Part shown: piece by piece, positions 7,777 to 18,123 of the stretch
How the letters are laid out: the number at the start of each line of letters is the position of its first letter
Position numbering within the stretch: the stretch's first letter is position 1
From: an uncultured bacterium
GTDB lineage: Bacteria > Patescibacteriota > Minisyncoccia > Phycocordibacterales > UBA9973
Assembly (NCBI GenBank): GCA_903888625.1
Contig: CAISUD010000039.1
Location: 1 to 43,290 of the forward strand
Reading direction: 5' to 3'
Length of the DNA stretch: 43,290 bases
The notes under the pieces: generated by a model
Told to the model about the DNA's origin: nothing
Seen by the model: only the letters and a program-made list of their open reading frames with translations
The model's database searches: none
Program-made: the position numbers and the translations under genes

Positions 7777-8907
7777 CTATTTCACAACCCTCGGTAGAAG
7801 CGGGTTGATTTTAGTTACAACTTCGTAGTTAATCGTATTTTGTTTTTTGGCTAATTCTTCGGCTGTTATTTCGCGGTTACCTTGCTTGCCGAGCAAGACA
7901 ACTTCATCTTCTATTTTTACCTTTTTCAAATGGCTCACATCAACCACAAACATATTCATCGCAACTCTGCCGAGAACTTTGCATTTAGTACCTGAAATTA
8001 AAACTTCGCCATTATTCGATAATCCCCTACTAAAACCATCCGCATAACCTTGTGGGATTAAAGCAATTTTAGTTTCTTTTTTTGTAATAAAAGTAAGCCC
8101 ATAACCAATACTATAATTTTTAGGCAATGTCTTTATTTGAGCAATATGGGTTTTCCAAGTCAGCACAGGTTTGAGGTTGATATTTTTTGCAAATTTATTT
8201 TCCAAATGTTTTGATGGCCATAAACCATAAAGTCCAATACCAAGTCGGACGATATTGTTTTTACCGACAGGCTCGTAGACCATAGCACCAGCAGTAGAAG
8301 AAATATGAGTTTGTAAATTTTTAAAACCAAAATCTCTGGACATTTTCAAAATATCTTGATATTTTTTTATTTGTTTTTCGGCATGTGAAAAATCTGCTGT
8401 GTCTTCAATATTTGCAAAATGCGCATAGATTCCAGTAAGTTTAATATTTTTTGTTTTCACAATTAAATTAAAAACCTTCGGCAATTCATTTTCCAAAAAA
8501 CCTTCTCTACCCAAATATGCATCGAAGGCTAAATGAATTTCTTGAACTTTGTTCAAACTCCCCGCGATAGCAGAAATATTTAATAATTGCTCTTTTGAAA
8601 AAACAGTCAAAATACATCCAATTTTTATGGCTTTTTCTAGATCATCCTTAGCAACGTAACCAAAAACGAGAATTGGTTTCTTAGTAACTTTTTTTATTCT
8701 TACCAATTCTTCTATACTGTTTACCTGAAAATAATCAACGTAAGGTGATAAAATTTTTACAACCTCTGTATCACCATGCCCATAAGCATTCCCTTTCACC
8801 ACCGCTGAAATCAAAGTTTTCTTATCTAAATAATTTCTAAACTCTCTGACATTATGAATCAAATTTTTTTCCGAGATTTCTAAATATGAAAGAGGTAGAT
8901 TATGCAT
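7777..8907 (-). CDS. alr: Alanine racemase
   Basis: AVVKGNAYGHG (PLP Lys), VRLGIGLYG, IGYG, GYADG, GRVAMN, TINYEV. Confidence 0.95.
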   Translation of the reverse strand: MHNLPLSYLEISEKNLIHNVREFRNYLDKKTLISAVVKGNAYGHGDTEVVKILSPYVDYFQVNSIEELVRIKKVTKKPILVFGYVAKDDLEKAIKIGCILTVFSKEQLLNISAIAGSLNKVQEIHLAFDAYLGREGFLENELPKVFNLIVKTKNIKLTGIYAHFANIEDTADFSHAEKQIKKYQDILKMSRDFGFKNLQTHISSTAGAMVYEPVGKNNIVRLGIGLYGLWPSKHLENKFAKNINLKPVLTWKTHIAQIKTLPKNYSIGYGLTFITKKETKIALIPQGYADGFSRGLSNNGEVLISGTKCKVLGRVAMNMFVVDVSHLKKVKIEDEVVLLGKQGNREITAEELAKKQNTINYEVVTKINPLLPRVVK

Positions 8908-8908
8908 A

Positions 8909-9877
8909 TTATTTAACAGTAACTTTTAGTTTATTCTCTCTATTGTACCTTTCAATAGCAAATTGAATCAAATTATCGAGAAGTTTGGGCAATGGTAACC
9001 CACTTGCCTCCCACATTTTTGGATACATACTAATAGCCGTAAATCCTGGAATTGTATTTAGTTCAATCACCAAGATATCTCCATTTTTTTTGAGGAAAAA
9101 ATCTACACGTCCCATTCCTTCACATTCAAGAACCTTAAAAACTTTGACCGCCATGACCTTGATCTTGTTTATTGTATTTTTTGGAATAATAGCAGGAATT
9201 TGAGCAATAGATTCGCTATCTATATATTTTGAGTCATAAGAATAAAAATCAGCATTAGGAATTATTTCTCCAGGAATAGCCGCAACAGGGTTTTCATTGC
9301 CGAGCACAGAGCATTCTATCTCTCGTCCAATAATATTTTCTTCAATTACAATTTTTGTATCATATAAAAAAGCATCTTTTACTCCGGCAGTGAATTCTTT
9401 TTCATTTCTAGCTTTATGAATGCCGACAGAAGAACCAAGGTTGGCTGGTTTTATAAAAACTATTTTCCCTAAAGTTTTTGCAATTTTTGTATAAGAAATT
9501 TTGTCGCCCTTACGGAAAGTCAAGTATTTTGCAATTGGAATTCCAGCCTCGTGTAAGAGTCTTTTCATAACATCTTTGTCCATACTGACAGCTGAACCTA
9601 AAACAGATGGCCCGACAAATGGCACTCCAATTATTTTAAACAAGCCTTGCATTGAGCCATCTTCTCCAAACGGACCGTGTAAAACTGGGAAAACAACATC
9701 GCATTGTTTGATTTTATTAATATCAAAGACACCATCGTGGCTTATTTTTATTGGAGTTATTTGATATTTATTTGGATCAAGTGCCTTGATAACATTTTGA
9801 GCGGACTCGATAGAGACCTCATGCTCGGCAGATTTTCCACCAAAAAGTACACAAATTTTTAGCTTTTTCTTTACCAT
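8909..9877 (-). CDS. ddl: D-alanine--D-alanine ligase
   Basis: GGKSAEHEVS, LHGPFGEDG, KPANLGSSVG, FYSYDSKY, ELNTIPGFT. Confidence 0.95.
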   Translation of the reverse strand: MVKKKLKICVLFGGKSAEHEVSIESAQNVIKALDPNKYQITPIKISHDGVFDINKIKQCDVVFPVLHGPFGEDGSMQGLFKIIGVPFVGPSVLGSAVSMDKDVMKRLLHEAGIPIAKYLTFRKGDKISYTKIAKTLGKIVFIKPANLGSSVGIHKARNEKEFTAGVKDAFLYDTKIVIEENIIGREIECSVLGNENPVAAIPGEIIPNADFYSYDSKYIDSESIAQIPAIIPKNTINKIKVMAVKVFKVLECEGMGRVDFFLKKNGDILVIELNTIPGFTAISMYPKMWEASGLPLPKLLDNLIQFAIERYNRENKLKVTVK

Positions 9878-9941
9878 TTTTTGAGTATAACATTTTTAAT
9901 TTTAAATATAAATACCCATTAACTCTTACCTAGTAGTAATA

Positions 9942-9977
9942 TTCTACCAACTTTGACGACCGTCAAATTTAGTAGAA
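9942..9977. repeat. Imperfect REP-like palindrome
   Basis: TTCTACCAACTTTGACG-AC-CGTCAAATTTAGTAGAA, two mismatched pairs. Confidence 0.6.
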
Positions 9978-10013
9978 CTTTTTTAAAATACACATTTACG
10001 CTATAGCTGATAT

Positions 10014-10038
10014 ATGTTCAAAGTCGAACTTTGAACAT
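10014..10038. repeat. REP-like palindrome ATGTTCAAAG-TCGAA-CTTTGAACAT, copy 1
   Basis: Perfect 10-bp stem; identical 25-mer at 42717-42741. Confidence 0.8.
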
Positions 10039-11750
10039 TAATACACTTCCTGCTGATAGCATTTTTCACAATAAAGTATTTCTGGTCTATCAGTGGTGTA
10101 AGTTGTTTGAAATTTATTAACACAACCTTTATGCATACAAGACCTTTCGTAAAGTCTAATTGGGTTCCTAAATCTTAATCCTTGATAATGGCGACAATTC
10201 GGACAATATCTAGGCAATGGTAATTTTCTATCTTTATAAAACTGTAATTCGTACGACATAATTTTATAGGCACTTGAACATTGAAAATGTTGATCTCCAT
10301 CATTTGGACAAGCAATTACTTCGTCTAAAATTTTATCAGAAACATCTTTAATGCTATCCGGTAAATCCTTAGATTTGATTGTAATATTATAATTCCTAAG
10401 AGCTCGATCATCCCATGGATATCCCATTTGAAGAACTTCCTCTTTAGAGGAAGGCAAAAAATCATTGGCTGTGCTTAAATTATAAGCAAATGGACTCATG
10501 TTTGGAGGATAAAATTCGCCATATTTATAAATTCTTCCATTTTCATCTATATATGGCATTTCATTCATATGTTTTTTTATTTTTTCCACTATTTCAAAAT
10601 ATTCTTCTTTTTTATATTGTTTATTAAAAATACAATACTCTGCATTCGTGAGCCCAACACAAGCAAAACAATTATTACAATTTCGACAGATAATAGAATA
10701 CTCACATTCTCTAGATCCCAAGCTTATATAACAAAACGATTGTTTATAAGTATTCAAACTGGCAGCAGTAGACTCATAAATCAATTCTCCTGAAGCGATG
10801 CCCGTATCATCATAACAATCTTTACAACCCTCCAATATTCTAGAACAATTAAATATATTTTCAGAACGCTGAACATCAAAAGAACACCTGACATCTTTTG
10901 AGTTTTTTATATAATCTCCGATTGAATTTTGAGAATTATAAATTTGAGCGTAACGATGAATGGCTTTTCTTTCTACTATTTTATCAAAAATTTCTTCTGC
11001 TTTTTTAAAACCGGAATAAGTATCGAGTCGTAAATTTAAAATTTCTTTTTCATAATTCTCTTTCGAGAGTTTTTTATTTTTAAAAAAATATTGCTGATTT
11101 CGCAAACCATGAGATAAACAGCAATTCTGGCAATTTACACAATCGAAAAGAAAATAAGAATCAATGCACTTACTAGATTCAATCACAAAATGACAATTGT
11201 AATTCATGTCAGAGCTTATGTTATAAGAAGAATTTTCCAATTTTTGTACAGCATAACAATCTAAAACATTTTTAGATTTATCGATCAATTCTGAATAAAG
11301 AACATTCTCACATTCAGTAATAGAAAATGATAAATAACAATCTTTATTATCTATACTATAATTAGTATAATCAGATCTAATCATATTACCAGCTTGATAA
11401 GTATAAAGAAAAGGAGATTCTATTATCAACTCCCTCATCTGCTCAAAAAACGGCCTGGAAAAATCATAATCGCAACCCTGTAGAAATGGGTTTCTTTTGT
11501 CACTATTCCAACATTCAGTACAATAAACAACTTTTGTTTTTTCTTCCCTATACATTGAAACTAAATTCTTTCCACATATACCACAAATTCTCTTAAATAA
11601 AGACCTAAAATTACGCCAAAGCATACGTCGAACCAGCCGACATTCTGGACACCAAGAGGGCGGTGGAACTTTTATTTTTTCGTAAAAATTAAAATCTTCC
11701 ACTTCTATGGTGAAATCTTTTTTACAGTTTTGACAAGTTTTTGTTTCCAT
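10038..11750 (-). CDS. Cys-rich multi-zinc-ribbon protein of unknown function, paralog 1
   Basis: METKTCQNCK…KIKVPPPSWCPECR N-terminus, many CxxC/CxxCxxC, C-terminal RPEILYCEKCYQQEVY; clearly paralogous to 36593 and 40975. Start moved to METK (11750). Confidence 0.85.
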   Translation of the reverse strand: METKTCQNCKKDFTIEVEDFNFYEKIKVPPPSWCPECRLVRRMLWRNFRSLFKRICGICGKNLVSMYREEKTKVVYCTECWNSDKRNPFLQGCDYDFSRPFFEQMRELIIESPFLYTYQAGNMIRSDYTNYSIDNKDCYLSFSITECENVLYSELIDKSKNVLDCYAVQKLENSSYNISSDMNYNCHFVIESSKCIDSYFLFDCVNCQNCCLSHGLRNQQYFFKNKKLSKENYEKEILNLRLDTYSGFKKAEEIFDKIVERKAIHRYAQIYNSQNSIGDYIKNSKDVRCSFDVQRSENIFNCSRILEGCKDCYDDTGIASGELIYESTAASLNTYKQSFCYISLGSRECEYSIICRNCNNCFACVGLTNAEYCIFNKQYKKEEYFEIVEKIKKHMNEMPYIDENGRIYKYGEFYPPNMSPFAYNLSTANDFLPSSKEEVLQMGYPWDDRALRNYNITIKSKDLPDSIKDVSDKILDEVIACPNDGDQHFQCSSAYKIMSYELQFYKDRKLPLPRYCPNCRHYQGLRFRNPIRLYERSCMHKGCVNKFQTTYTTDRPEILYCEKCYQQEVY

Positions 11751-11758
11751 ATATTTAT

Positions 11759-11794
11759 ATGCTACAAACTCAGCCATGGCAGAATTTGTAGCAT
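11759..11794. repeat. Imperfect REP-like palindrome
   Basis: ATGCTACAAA-CTCAGCCATGGCAGAA-TTTGTAGCAT; 10-bp outer stem with a palindromic GCCATGGC centre. Confidence 0.7.
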
Positions 11795-11806
11795 CTCAAT
11801 ATCATT

Positions 11807-12364
11807 TTATTCTTCTAAAGCTTCTTCCATTTCTTCTTCCATTTTGACACTAACTTCGTTTAAATTTTGATTTGTTTCATTATATTCCGGCAATTCTTGT
11901 ACGCTCTTTACCCCCAAATATGAGAGTAATTCAAAGGTCGGTTTGTAGATATAGCGTCGATTATCCTTTGGATCAGTTGTCTTTTCTACTAACCCTCGGA
12001 TAGAGAGCATTCGAAGAGTAAAACTTGAATTAACCCCTCGAATATAGTCAATTTCAGCCCGAGTCACTCCATTTTTATACAAAACTACCGACAAAGTTTC
12101 TAAACTTGCTTTCGAAAGCTCTTTGTTCAATTCTTCTTTTTGTAAATTCTCTATCATTCCTGAAAATTCTGGATTCGTGCCCAAAGTAATTTCATCTTGT
12201 TTTTCCAAAAGCACGACGCCTCTTTCATTTAAATTACTTTTTAATTCTAAAATTGCTGTTGTGATTTCTTCTTTTGAAACTTTCAAGATTTCTTCCAATT
12301 TTTTGTAGGATACTGGCTCACCTTTGAAAAATAATATTGCCTCAATTTTTTTTGATAAATCCAT
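11807..12364 (-). CDS. scpB: Segregation and condensation protein B
   Basis: IEAILFFKGEP, LSKASLETLSVVLY..GVTRAEIDYIRGVNS, GLVE, ELP. Confidence 0.93.
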   Translation of the reverse strand: MDLSKKIEAILFFKGEPVSYKKLEEILKVSKEEITTAILELKSNLNERGVVLLEKQDEITLGTNPEFSGMIENLQKEELNKELSKASLETLSVVLYKNGVTRAEIDYIRGVNSSFTLRMLSIRGLVEKTTDPKDNRRYIYKPTFELLSYLGVKSVQELPEYNETNQNLNEVSVKMEEEMEEALEE

Positions 12365-12369
12365 ATATT

Positions 12370-13116
12370 CTAATTCGTAGTTGTTAATTCATAATTATTA
12401 ATTTGCTTTTCAAGTATAATATCTTCAAAATTTTGATTCTGAATTGCATTTAAAATCCCATTTCGAATTAATTCTAACATAGCAAGAAATGAAACAATTA
12501 CAACTACCCGCTCTTCACGAGTGACAGCCTTGCCACTAAACTCTTTAAAATTCATTTTTAAAGAATTTTCAATTCGATCTGTTAATTTTTCAATCATTTC
12601 TTCGATACTTATTACTTTTTTTACTGCAACTTCAGGCATAAAAACTTTTTTAGGCATTCGTCCCAATAGATCGGTCACAAAGGTCATCATACTATTTGTA
12701 GTAATCTGCTCGTCAGGTAAAAAGACTAAATAATCATTCTTTCTTTCTCCGCTTGGAAATATTACTTTCTGACCAAAATTATTTTTTATATTTCCTGCTA
12801 GTCTTGTATAAAGTTCATACAATTTCAAGCGATCTTCTAAGTTTTTGATATCACCTTCTTCTTCGTCAGTCAAATTCAAATTCGGTAGTAAGGATTTTGA
12901 TTTTATTAAAATAAGAGTAGCCGCTACTACTAGAAAACTAGTGATCTCGCTCGGGCTTAAATTCTCTAAAGAATTCACGTATTTTAAATAATCTTCAGTA
13001 ACTTGAGCAAGTGAAATCTCATTAATAAAAAGCTTTTTTTCTTCAACTAAATTTAAAAGTAAACCAAATGGTCCTTCAAAATTCCCTGTCTTGATTTTAT
13101 ATATCTCTGTTTCCAC
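12370..13116 (-). CDS. scpA: Segregation and condensation protein A (kleisin)
   Basis: FEGPFGLLLNLV, FLVVAATLILIKSKSLLP, VSFLAMLEL; GTG start. Confidence 0.93.
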   Translation of the reverse strand: METEIYKIKTGNFEGPFGLLLNLVEEKKLFINEISLAQVTEDYLKYVNSLENLSPSEITSFLVVAATLILIKSKSLLPNLNLTDEEEGDIKNLEDRLKLYELYTRLAGNIKNNFGQKVIFPSGERKNDYLVFLPDEQITTNSMMTFVTDLLGRMPKKVFMPEVAVKKVISIEEMIEKLTDRIENSLKMNFKEFSGKAVTREERVVVIVSFLAMLELIRNGILNAIQNQNFEDIILEKQINNYELTTTN

Positions 13117-13161
13117 TGTTATATTATATACTTTTTTTAATTTTTCGCATCAAATTTTTAA

Positions 13162-14637
13162 TTACAAATCTAGGTCTAAAATTTCATCGATTCGAATTTT
13201 TTTCACAAAATCTGGCACGTGAGAAACCAGGATGAGAGCCCCTTTATATTTGTTTATCGCCTCAGCAATTATCGGTAAATGTCGAAAATTAATATGATTT
13301 GTTGGCTCATCTAAAATAAGTAACCCTGGACGTTCAAGTACTAGTCTAGCGAAGGCTACCAGGCCTTTTTGACCCTCAGAGAGGCTACCTATCTTTGTAC
13401 GGATGAATTCACTAGTAATCAAAAAAGAGGCTGCAACTGCCCTCATTTTCTCTTCATCTAAAGTCGCACCACCAGAGACGATAGCACTCGCCAACGATTG
13501 ATAAACTGTATCTTCAAAATTTAAGGTAGAAAAATCCTGTCGATAATAACCTACACGGATACCATCCAAAATTTTCGTCCCTGGATCAATTTTTTTGGCA
13601 ATTTTTTCAAGTAAGGTACTTTTACCAATACCATTTGGTCCACTCAAAAGTAAATGCTGATTTTTTTTCAATTTAATATTTGCTTTGTGTTTTACTATTT
13701 TACCAGTCTTAGCATTCATCGTGGTAAAAGAATTTATAACAACAATATCCCCATTAATATCTTCTTGAACTGGAATTGTAAATGCTTTAATAGTTTTATC
13801 CTCTTTTCTGACATCAACCATATTTTCCTCCAATTCTTCTGCTTTTTCTCGCATCCGTCTAGCTACCAAACGAAGTCCACCACCTTTATGAGCAAAGACA
13901 TTGGCTTGATCTTTTTTAGTTTGAATTTCTTTGGCCAACTGTGCATTCTTCATATTTTCTTTTTCAACTCGAGCCATAATTTCTCTTAAAACATTTTTGT
14001 AGTTGCCAGTGTATTGTTCAACTTGACGAGTATAAATATCCAAATACAAAACGCCATCAGAAAATGCATTCAAAAATTCTGCATCGTGCGAAATGACGAT
14101 GACTGTCTTTTTATATTTAATTAAAAAATCTGTTAGATGCGAAATACCTGCATGGTCTAAATTATTTGTCGGCTCATCTAGTAAAAGTAGATCGGGGTCT
14201 AAGATAAGTGCACTAGCTAAAAGAATTCGAGCTAGTTGACCACCAGAAAAACTTTCCAAAATTCTGTCGTGCAATTTTGTATGCCCTTTTAAATTCACTA
14301 CTTCTAACACATCGTCTATTCGTGGATCAATATCATAAATTTTTTTTGAAAATTGTTTTTCAAAAAATTCACGGACAGAAAGTTTTAAATCTTCTCTTTC
14401 CATGACTTGTTTAGCCATTGCAATACTAATATTATTTTTCACAATTGTACCTGATTCTGGTCTTAAGGCACCTATAATCAAACCAAAAATAGTACTTTTA
14501 CCAGCACCATTTTGTCCCATAATCGTTATTTTTGAACCCCGCCTGATAGGAAAACTCACATTATCTAGTATGGGTTTATTTATTCCATATTCAAATGAAA
14601 CAGAATCAAATCTGAGAATAGTCTCGTTTTTGGACAT
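13162..14637 (-). CDS. ABC-F family ATP-binding protein
   Basis: Two ABC domains (GQNGAGKST/SGGQ/LLLDEPTNNLD; GPNGIGKST/LSEGQK/LDEPTNH), coiled linker, no TM segments. Confidence 0.9.
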   Translation of the reverse strand: MSKNETILRFDSVSFEYGINKPILDNVSFPIRRGSKITIMGQNGAGKSTIFGLIIGALRPESGTIVKNNISIAMAKQVMEREDLKLSVREFFEKQFSKKIYDIDPRIDDVLEVVNLKGHTKLHDRILESFSGGQLARILLASALILDPDLLLLDEPTNNLDHAGISHLTDFLIKYKKTVIVISHDAEFLNAFSDGVLYLDIYTRQVEQYTGNYKNVLREIMARVEKENMKNAQLAKEIQTKKDQANVFAHKGGGLRLVARRMREKAEELEENMVDVRKEDKTIKAFTIPVQEDINGDIVVINSFTTMNAKTGKIVKHKANIKLKKNQHLLLSGPNGIGKSTLLEKIAKKIDPGTKILDGIRVGYYRQDFSTLNFEDTVYQSLASAIVSGGATLDEEKMRAVAASFLITSEFIRTKIGSLSEGQKGLVAFARLVLERPGLLILDEPTNHINFRHLPIIAEAINKYKGALILVSHVPDFVKKIRIDEILDLDL

Positions 14638-14638
14638 A

Positions 14639-16054
14639 TTATTTATGTTCTTCGATGAATTTATACAGAAGTGAAACCGGTGTACCTAACGCTCCAGAAG
14701 CCAAATACTCTCCAGACATTGATGTCATCCTCGGTGCTATATCTATATGTGCCCATTTATAATCTCCTATAAATTGCTTTAAGAAAATAGCACCATATGT
14801 AGCCCCGCCATAACGAGAATCTTTATTGTGAACATTCGTAAAATCACCAAATGCCCCTTTTATTTCATTTTCATATTCTTCCCACATTGGTAATCGCCAC
14901 ACATAATCTCCAGTTTTATCACCAATTTCTTCCATTTTTTTGCAAAGTTCATCGTCATCAGTAAAAATTGCCGACATTCTTTCACCCAGTGCCACAACAG
15001 CTGCCCCTGTTAAGGTAGCTACATCAATTACAACTTCTGGTTTATATTTTTCTGCATAAGTAAGAGCATCCGCTAAAATCACTCGCCCTTCAGCATCAGT
15101 ATTTAAAATTTCAATTGTTTGACCAGACATTGAACGCACAATATCTCCAGGACGATAACTTTTGCCTGAAACAAAATTTTCAACCGAAGGGATAAGCCCA
15201 ATAACATTTACTTTCAATTTGTTTTTTGCTACGAGTGCAATAGTATGGATTACCGAAGCGCCTCCTGACATATCCATATTCATTCCAAGTAAAGCGGAAG
15301 ATGGTTTCAAATTCATTCCACCTGAATCGAAGGTCACCCCTTTGCCGACAAGAACAATCGGTTTTTGATTTTTCAGGCCATTTTTATATTCCATAATAAT
15401 AAATTTAGACTCTTCATCTGATCCACGACCGACAGTTAGTATCGCTTCCATTTTTAACTTCTTCATTTCTTTTTCACCAAGAACTGAAACTTTTACCGGT
15501 AAACCTTTCATTGCTTCTTTAGCTTTTTGGGCTAGAATAGTTGGCGTCATATCAGCGCCGGGTGTATTCGATAAATCCCTCGTTTTATTTACTTCTATTC
15601 CGATACTCTGACCTTTTAAAATAGATTTTTCAACTTTACCCAAAGCATTGCTTTGGGGAAGAATTATAAAAACCTCTTTCAGTGGAGATAAATCTTCTTT
15701 TGATTTTGTCTTATAAATATTAAATTCGTAATTGGCTAGTTCAAGTTGCGTGCCAATAATTTCAGAGAGTTCCTCGTCTGAAATTATTGCCCTCTGCATA
15801 GTCGAAGGGCGTATCAATTTAATTAGTTCTTCAGCATCAAAACAAATTTTTTCTACTTTGTGTTGTTTTGCTAATCTGACCATTTTTCGAACAAGCAAAA
15901 AAAACTTTCGTAAAGTCATTTTTTCATCTTTTTTTAGATACAAAGTCTTTACTCCATTTTCTGATACAATTTCGTCGTTTATTTTAGCATCAATTTTAAC
16001 CAAAAGTGTGTCTTTTTTTAGCTCATTAATATTCTTTTTAAATGTTATTTTCAT
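14639..16054 (-). CDS. pepA: Leucyl aminopeptidase (M17)
   Basis: LVGKGVTFDSGG, DMSGGA, NTDAEGRVILADAL, ATLTGA, WAHIDIA; start placed at MKITF (16054). Confidence 0.93.
   Translation of the reverse strand: MKITFKKNINELKKDTLLVKIDAKINDEIVSENGVKTLYLKKDEKMTLRKFFLLVRKMVRLAKQHKVEKICFDAEELIKLIRPSTMQRAIISDEELSEIIGTQLELANYEFNIYKTKSKEDLSPLKEVFIILPQSNALGKVEKSILKGQSIGIEVNKTRDLSNTPGADMTPTILAQKAKEAMKGLPVKVSVLGEKEMKKLKMEAILTVGRGSDEESKFIIMEYKNGLKNQKPIVLVGKGVTFDSGGMNLKPSSALLGMNMDMSGGASVIHTIALVAKNKLKVNVIGLIPSVENFVSGKSYRPGDIVRSMSGQTIEILNTDAEGRVILADALTYAEKYKPEVVIDVATLTGAAVVALGERMSAIFTDDDELCKKMEEIGDKTGDYVWRLPMWEEYENEIKGAFGDFTNVHNKDSRYGGATYGAIFLKQFIGDYKWAHIDIAPRMTSMSGEYLASGALGTPVSLLYKFIEEHK
15639..15657. repeat. 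Perfect palindrome inside pepA (CCCAAAGCA-T-TGCTTTGGG; encodes PQSNALG)
   Basis: 9-bp inverted repeat in the linker before the catalytic domain. Confidence 0.5.
15789..15810 (-). repeat. REP-like hairpin inside pepA (GCCCTTCGACTATGCAGAGGGC; encodes RPSTMQRA)
   Basis: GCCCT/AGGGC stem; 18/22 identical to miaA 278-299. Confidence 0.65.
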
Positions 16055-16090
16055 CTTCCTATTATACACTAAAAATGCTATAATGGAAGG

Positions 16091-16672
16091 ATGAAAACGA
16101 TAAATAATCGAACAACAAAATATGAAATAGACGATGTTTTTTTGAATAGATATTCCCCAAGGGCATTATCGGGCGAAGCTATAAATCAGGAAGAGTTAAT
16201 GACCCTTTTTGAATCGGCCCGTTTTGCACCATCTGCCTTTAATTCTCAACCTTGGAGATTTATTTATGGCATGAAAGATACACCTGCTTTTGAAAAAATG
16301 TTTTCGTTTCTTACTGATGGAAATAAAATTTGGTGTAAAAATGCTTCTGTATTGGTGGTGACAATTTCAAAGAAAAATTTTGATAATGGTAAACCTTCTA
16401 TCACCCATTCTTTTGATACGGGCTCGGCTTGGGAAAATCTTGCCTTGCAAGCTGTCAGTATGAAATTAATTGCTCACGGCATGAGTGGTTTTGATTTTGA
16501 AAAAGCTAAAATTGATTTAAAAATACCTGAAGATTACAATGTCGAAATGATGATAGCCATAGGCAAAAAAGGTAAAATTGAAGACCTGCCAGAAAAAATG
16601 CAAGCCGGTGAAATTCCAAACGACAGAAAGCCGTTAGAAGAAATAATTTTCGAAGGTGAATTTAAAAACTAA
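16091..16672 (+). CDS. Nitroreductase family protein
   Basis: NRYSPRA, ARFAPSAFNSQPWRF, FDTGSAWENLALQA, HGMSGFD. Confidence 0.92.
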   Translation: MKTINNRTTKYEIDDVFLNRYSPRALSGEAINQEELMTLFESARFAPSAFNSQPWRFIYGMKDTPAFEKMFSFLTDGNKIWCKNASVLVVTISKKNFDNGKPSITHSFDTGSAWENLALQAVSMKLIAHGMSGFDFEKAKIDLKIPEDYNVEMMIAIGKKGKIEDLPEKMQAGEIPNDRKPLEEIIFEGEFKN

Positions 16673-16687
16673 ATTTATGTGATTAAC

Positions 16688-18106
16688 TTAAAATTCCGCA
16701 TTTTTGGGAGTCCTTGGAAATGGGACGACATCTCGAATATTTTGCATTCCAGAAAGATACATCAAGGCTCTCTCAAAACCCAAACCAAAACCAGCATGAG
16801 GTACTCCGCCATATTTGCGTAAATCCAAATACCACCAATAATTTTCTTTTGGCAAATTCAATTCCGCTATTCTTTTCTCAAGAATTTCTAATCGCTCTTC
16901 ACGCTGACTTCCACCAATGATCTCTCCTACTCCCGGCATCAGCAAATCCATGGCTGCGACAGTCCTCTCATCATCATTCTGACGCATATAAAAAGCTTTG
17001 ATTTCTTTAGGATAATCAGTCACAAATAGAGGACCATTTACGACTTCATCAGTTAAATATCTTTCATGTTCCGTCTGAAGATCAATACCCCACTTCACAG
17101 GGTACTCAAATTTTTTACCAGATTTTTCTAATATTTCTACCGCTTCGGTATAAGTTAAATGCTTAAATTTCGCATCTTTAACTTTATTCAAACGTTCAAG
17201 TAAGCCATTATCAATAAATTTGTTGAAAAATTCCATTTCTTCTGGTAATTCGCGCAAAACATAATTTATCAAATACTTCATCATTTCTTCGGCCAGCGCC
17301 ATGTCTTCCGATAGGCCTGCAAAAGTAATTTCTGGTTCAATCATCCAAAATTCTGAAGCATGGCGAGCTGTATGACTATTCTCAGCGCGAAAAGTTGGAC
17401 CAAAAGTATAAACTCGGTTAAATGCCATGGCCATACATTCTGCTTCTAGTTGTCCGCTGACTGTTAATCCCGCTTTTTTACCAAAAAAATCTTCGGTATA
17501 ATTAATCTCTCCTTTATCATCAAGCTTCAAATTTTTTAAATCTAAAGTTGTAACATTAAACATTTCTCCAGCACCTTCGGCGTCAGAAGTAGAAATGATT
17601 GGAGTATGTACATAAACAAAACCTTTTTCTTGAAAAAATTTATGAACAGCAAAAGAGAGAACTGACCGAAGTCTAAAAACTGCTTGAAAGGTATTACTGC
17701 GTGGACGCAAGTGGGCTATAGTGCGCAAAAATTCAAAACTATGCCCCTTTTTCTGTAAAGGATAATCTCCATCTGAAGAGGCAATTTCTAGAATTTCAAT
17801 AGCCTTTAATTCAAAAAGTTGACCTTTGGCAGGAGATTCTTGCAATAATCCTTTTACCATAACTCCAGTGTATATAGGTAATTTTTCAATTAGCTCAAAT
17901 CCGTCCGATGTGATTTCACTATTCCTAGAAAATTTTGTAGCTTTATCAAAAACTAATTGCAAACTACGGAAAAAACTTCCGTCAGTAATTTCCAAAAAAC
18001 CAATTCCACCCGAAGAGCGAACTGTTTTTACCCAACCATTAACCTCAATCTCTTTCCCAAGATATTCTTTTTCATTTCTATATAATTCTTTTATTTCTAT
18101 TACCAT
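16688..18106 (-). CDS. asnS: Asparagine--tRNA ligase
   Basis: [56 protein letters not shown]. Confidence 0.96.
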   Translation of the reverse strand: MVIEIKELYRNEKEYLGKEIEVNGWVKTVRSSGGIGFLEITDGSFFRSLQLVFDKATKFSRNSEITSDGFELIEKLPIYTGVMVKGLLQESPAKGQLFELKAIEILEIASSDGDYPLQKKGHSFEFLRTIAHLRPRSNTFQAVFRLRSVLSFAVHKFFQEKGFVYVHTPIISTSDAEGAGEMFNVTTLDLKNLKLDDKGEINYTEDFFGKKAGLTVSGQLEAECMAMAFNRVYTFGPTFRAENSHTARHASEFWMIEPEITFAGLSEDMALAEEMMKYLINYVLRELPEEMEFFNKFIDNGLLERLNKVKDAKFKHLTYTEAVEILEKSGKKFEYPVKWGIDLQTEHERYLTDEVVNGPLFVTDYPKEIKAFYMRQNDDERTVAAMDLLMPGVGEIIGGSQREERLEILEKRIAELNLPKENYWWYLDLRKYGGVPHAGFGLGFERALMYLSGMQNIRDVVPFPRTPKNAEF

Positions 18107-18123
18107 TTTTCTTTTAAATAAAT

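Noticed and set aside
11751-11777. MAEFVAYKY extension of Cys-rich paralog 1, and likewise MSKPRRKAKLSTGQ at 38333-38386 for paralog 2
   Set aside because: These extensions are translations of the upstream palindromes; the paralogs align from METK.
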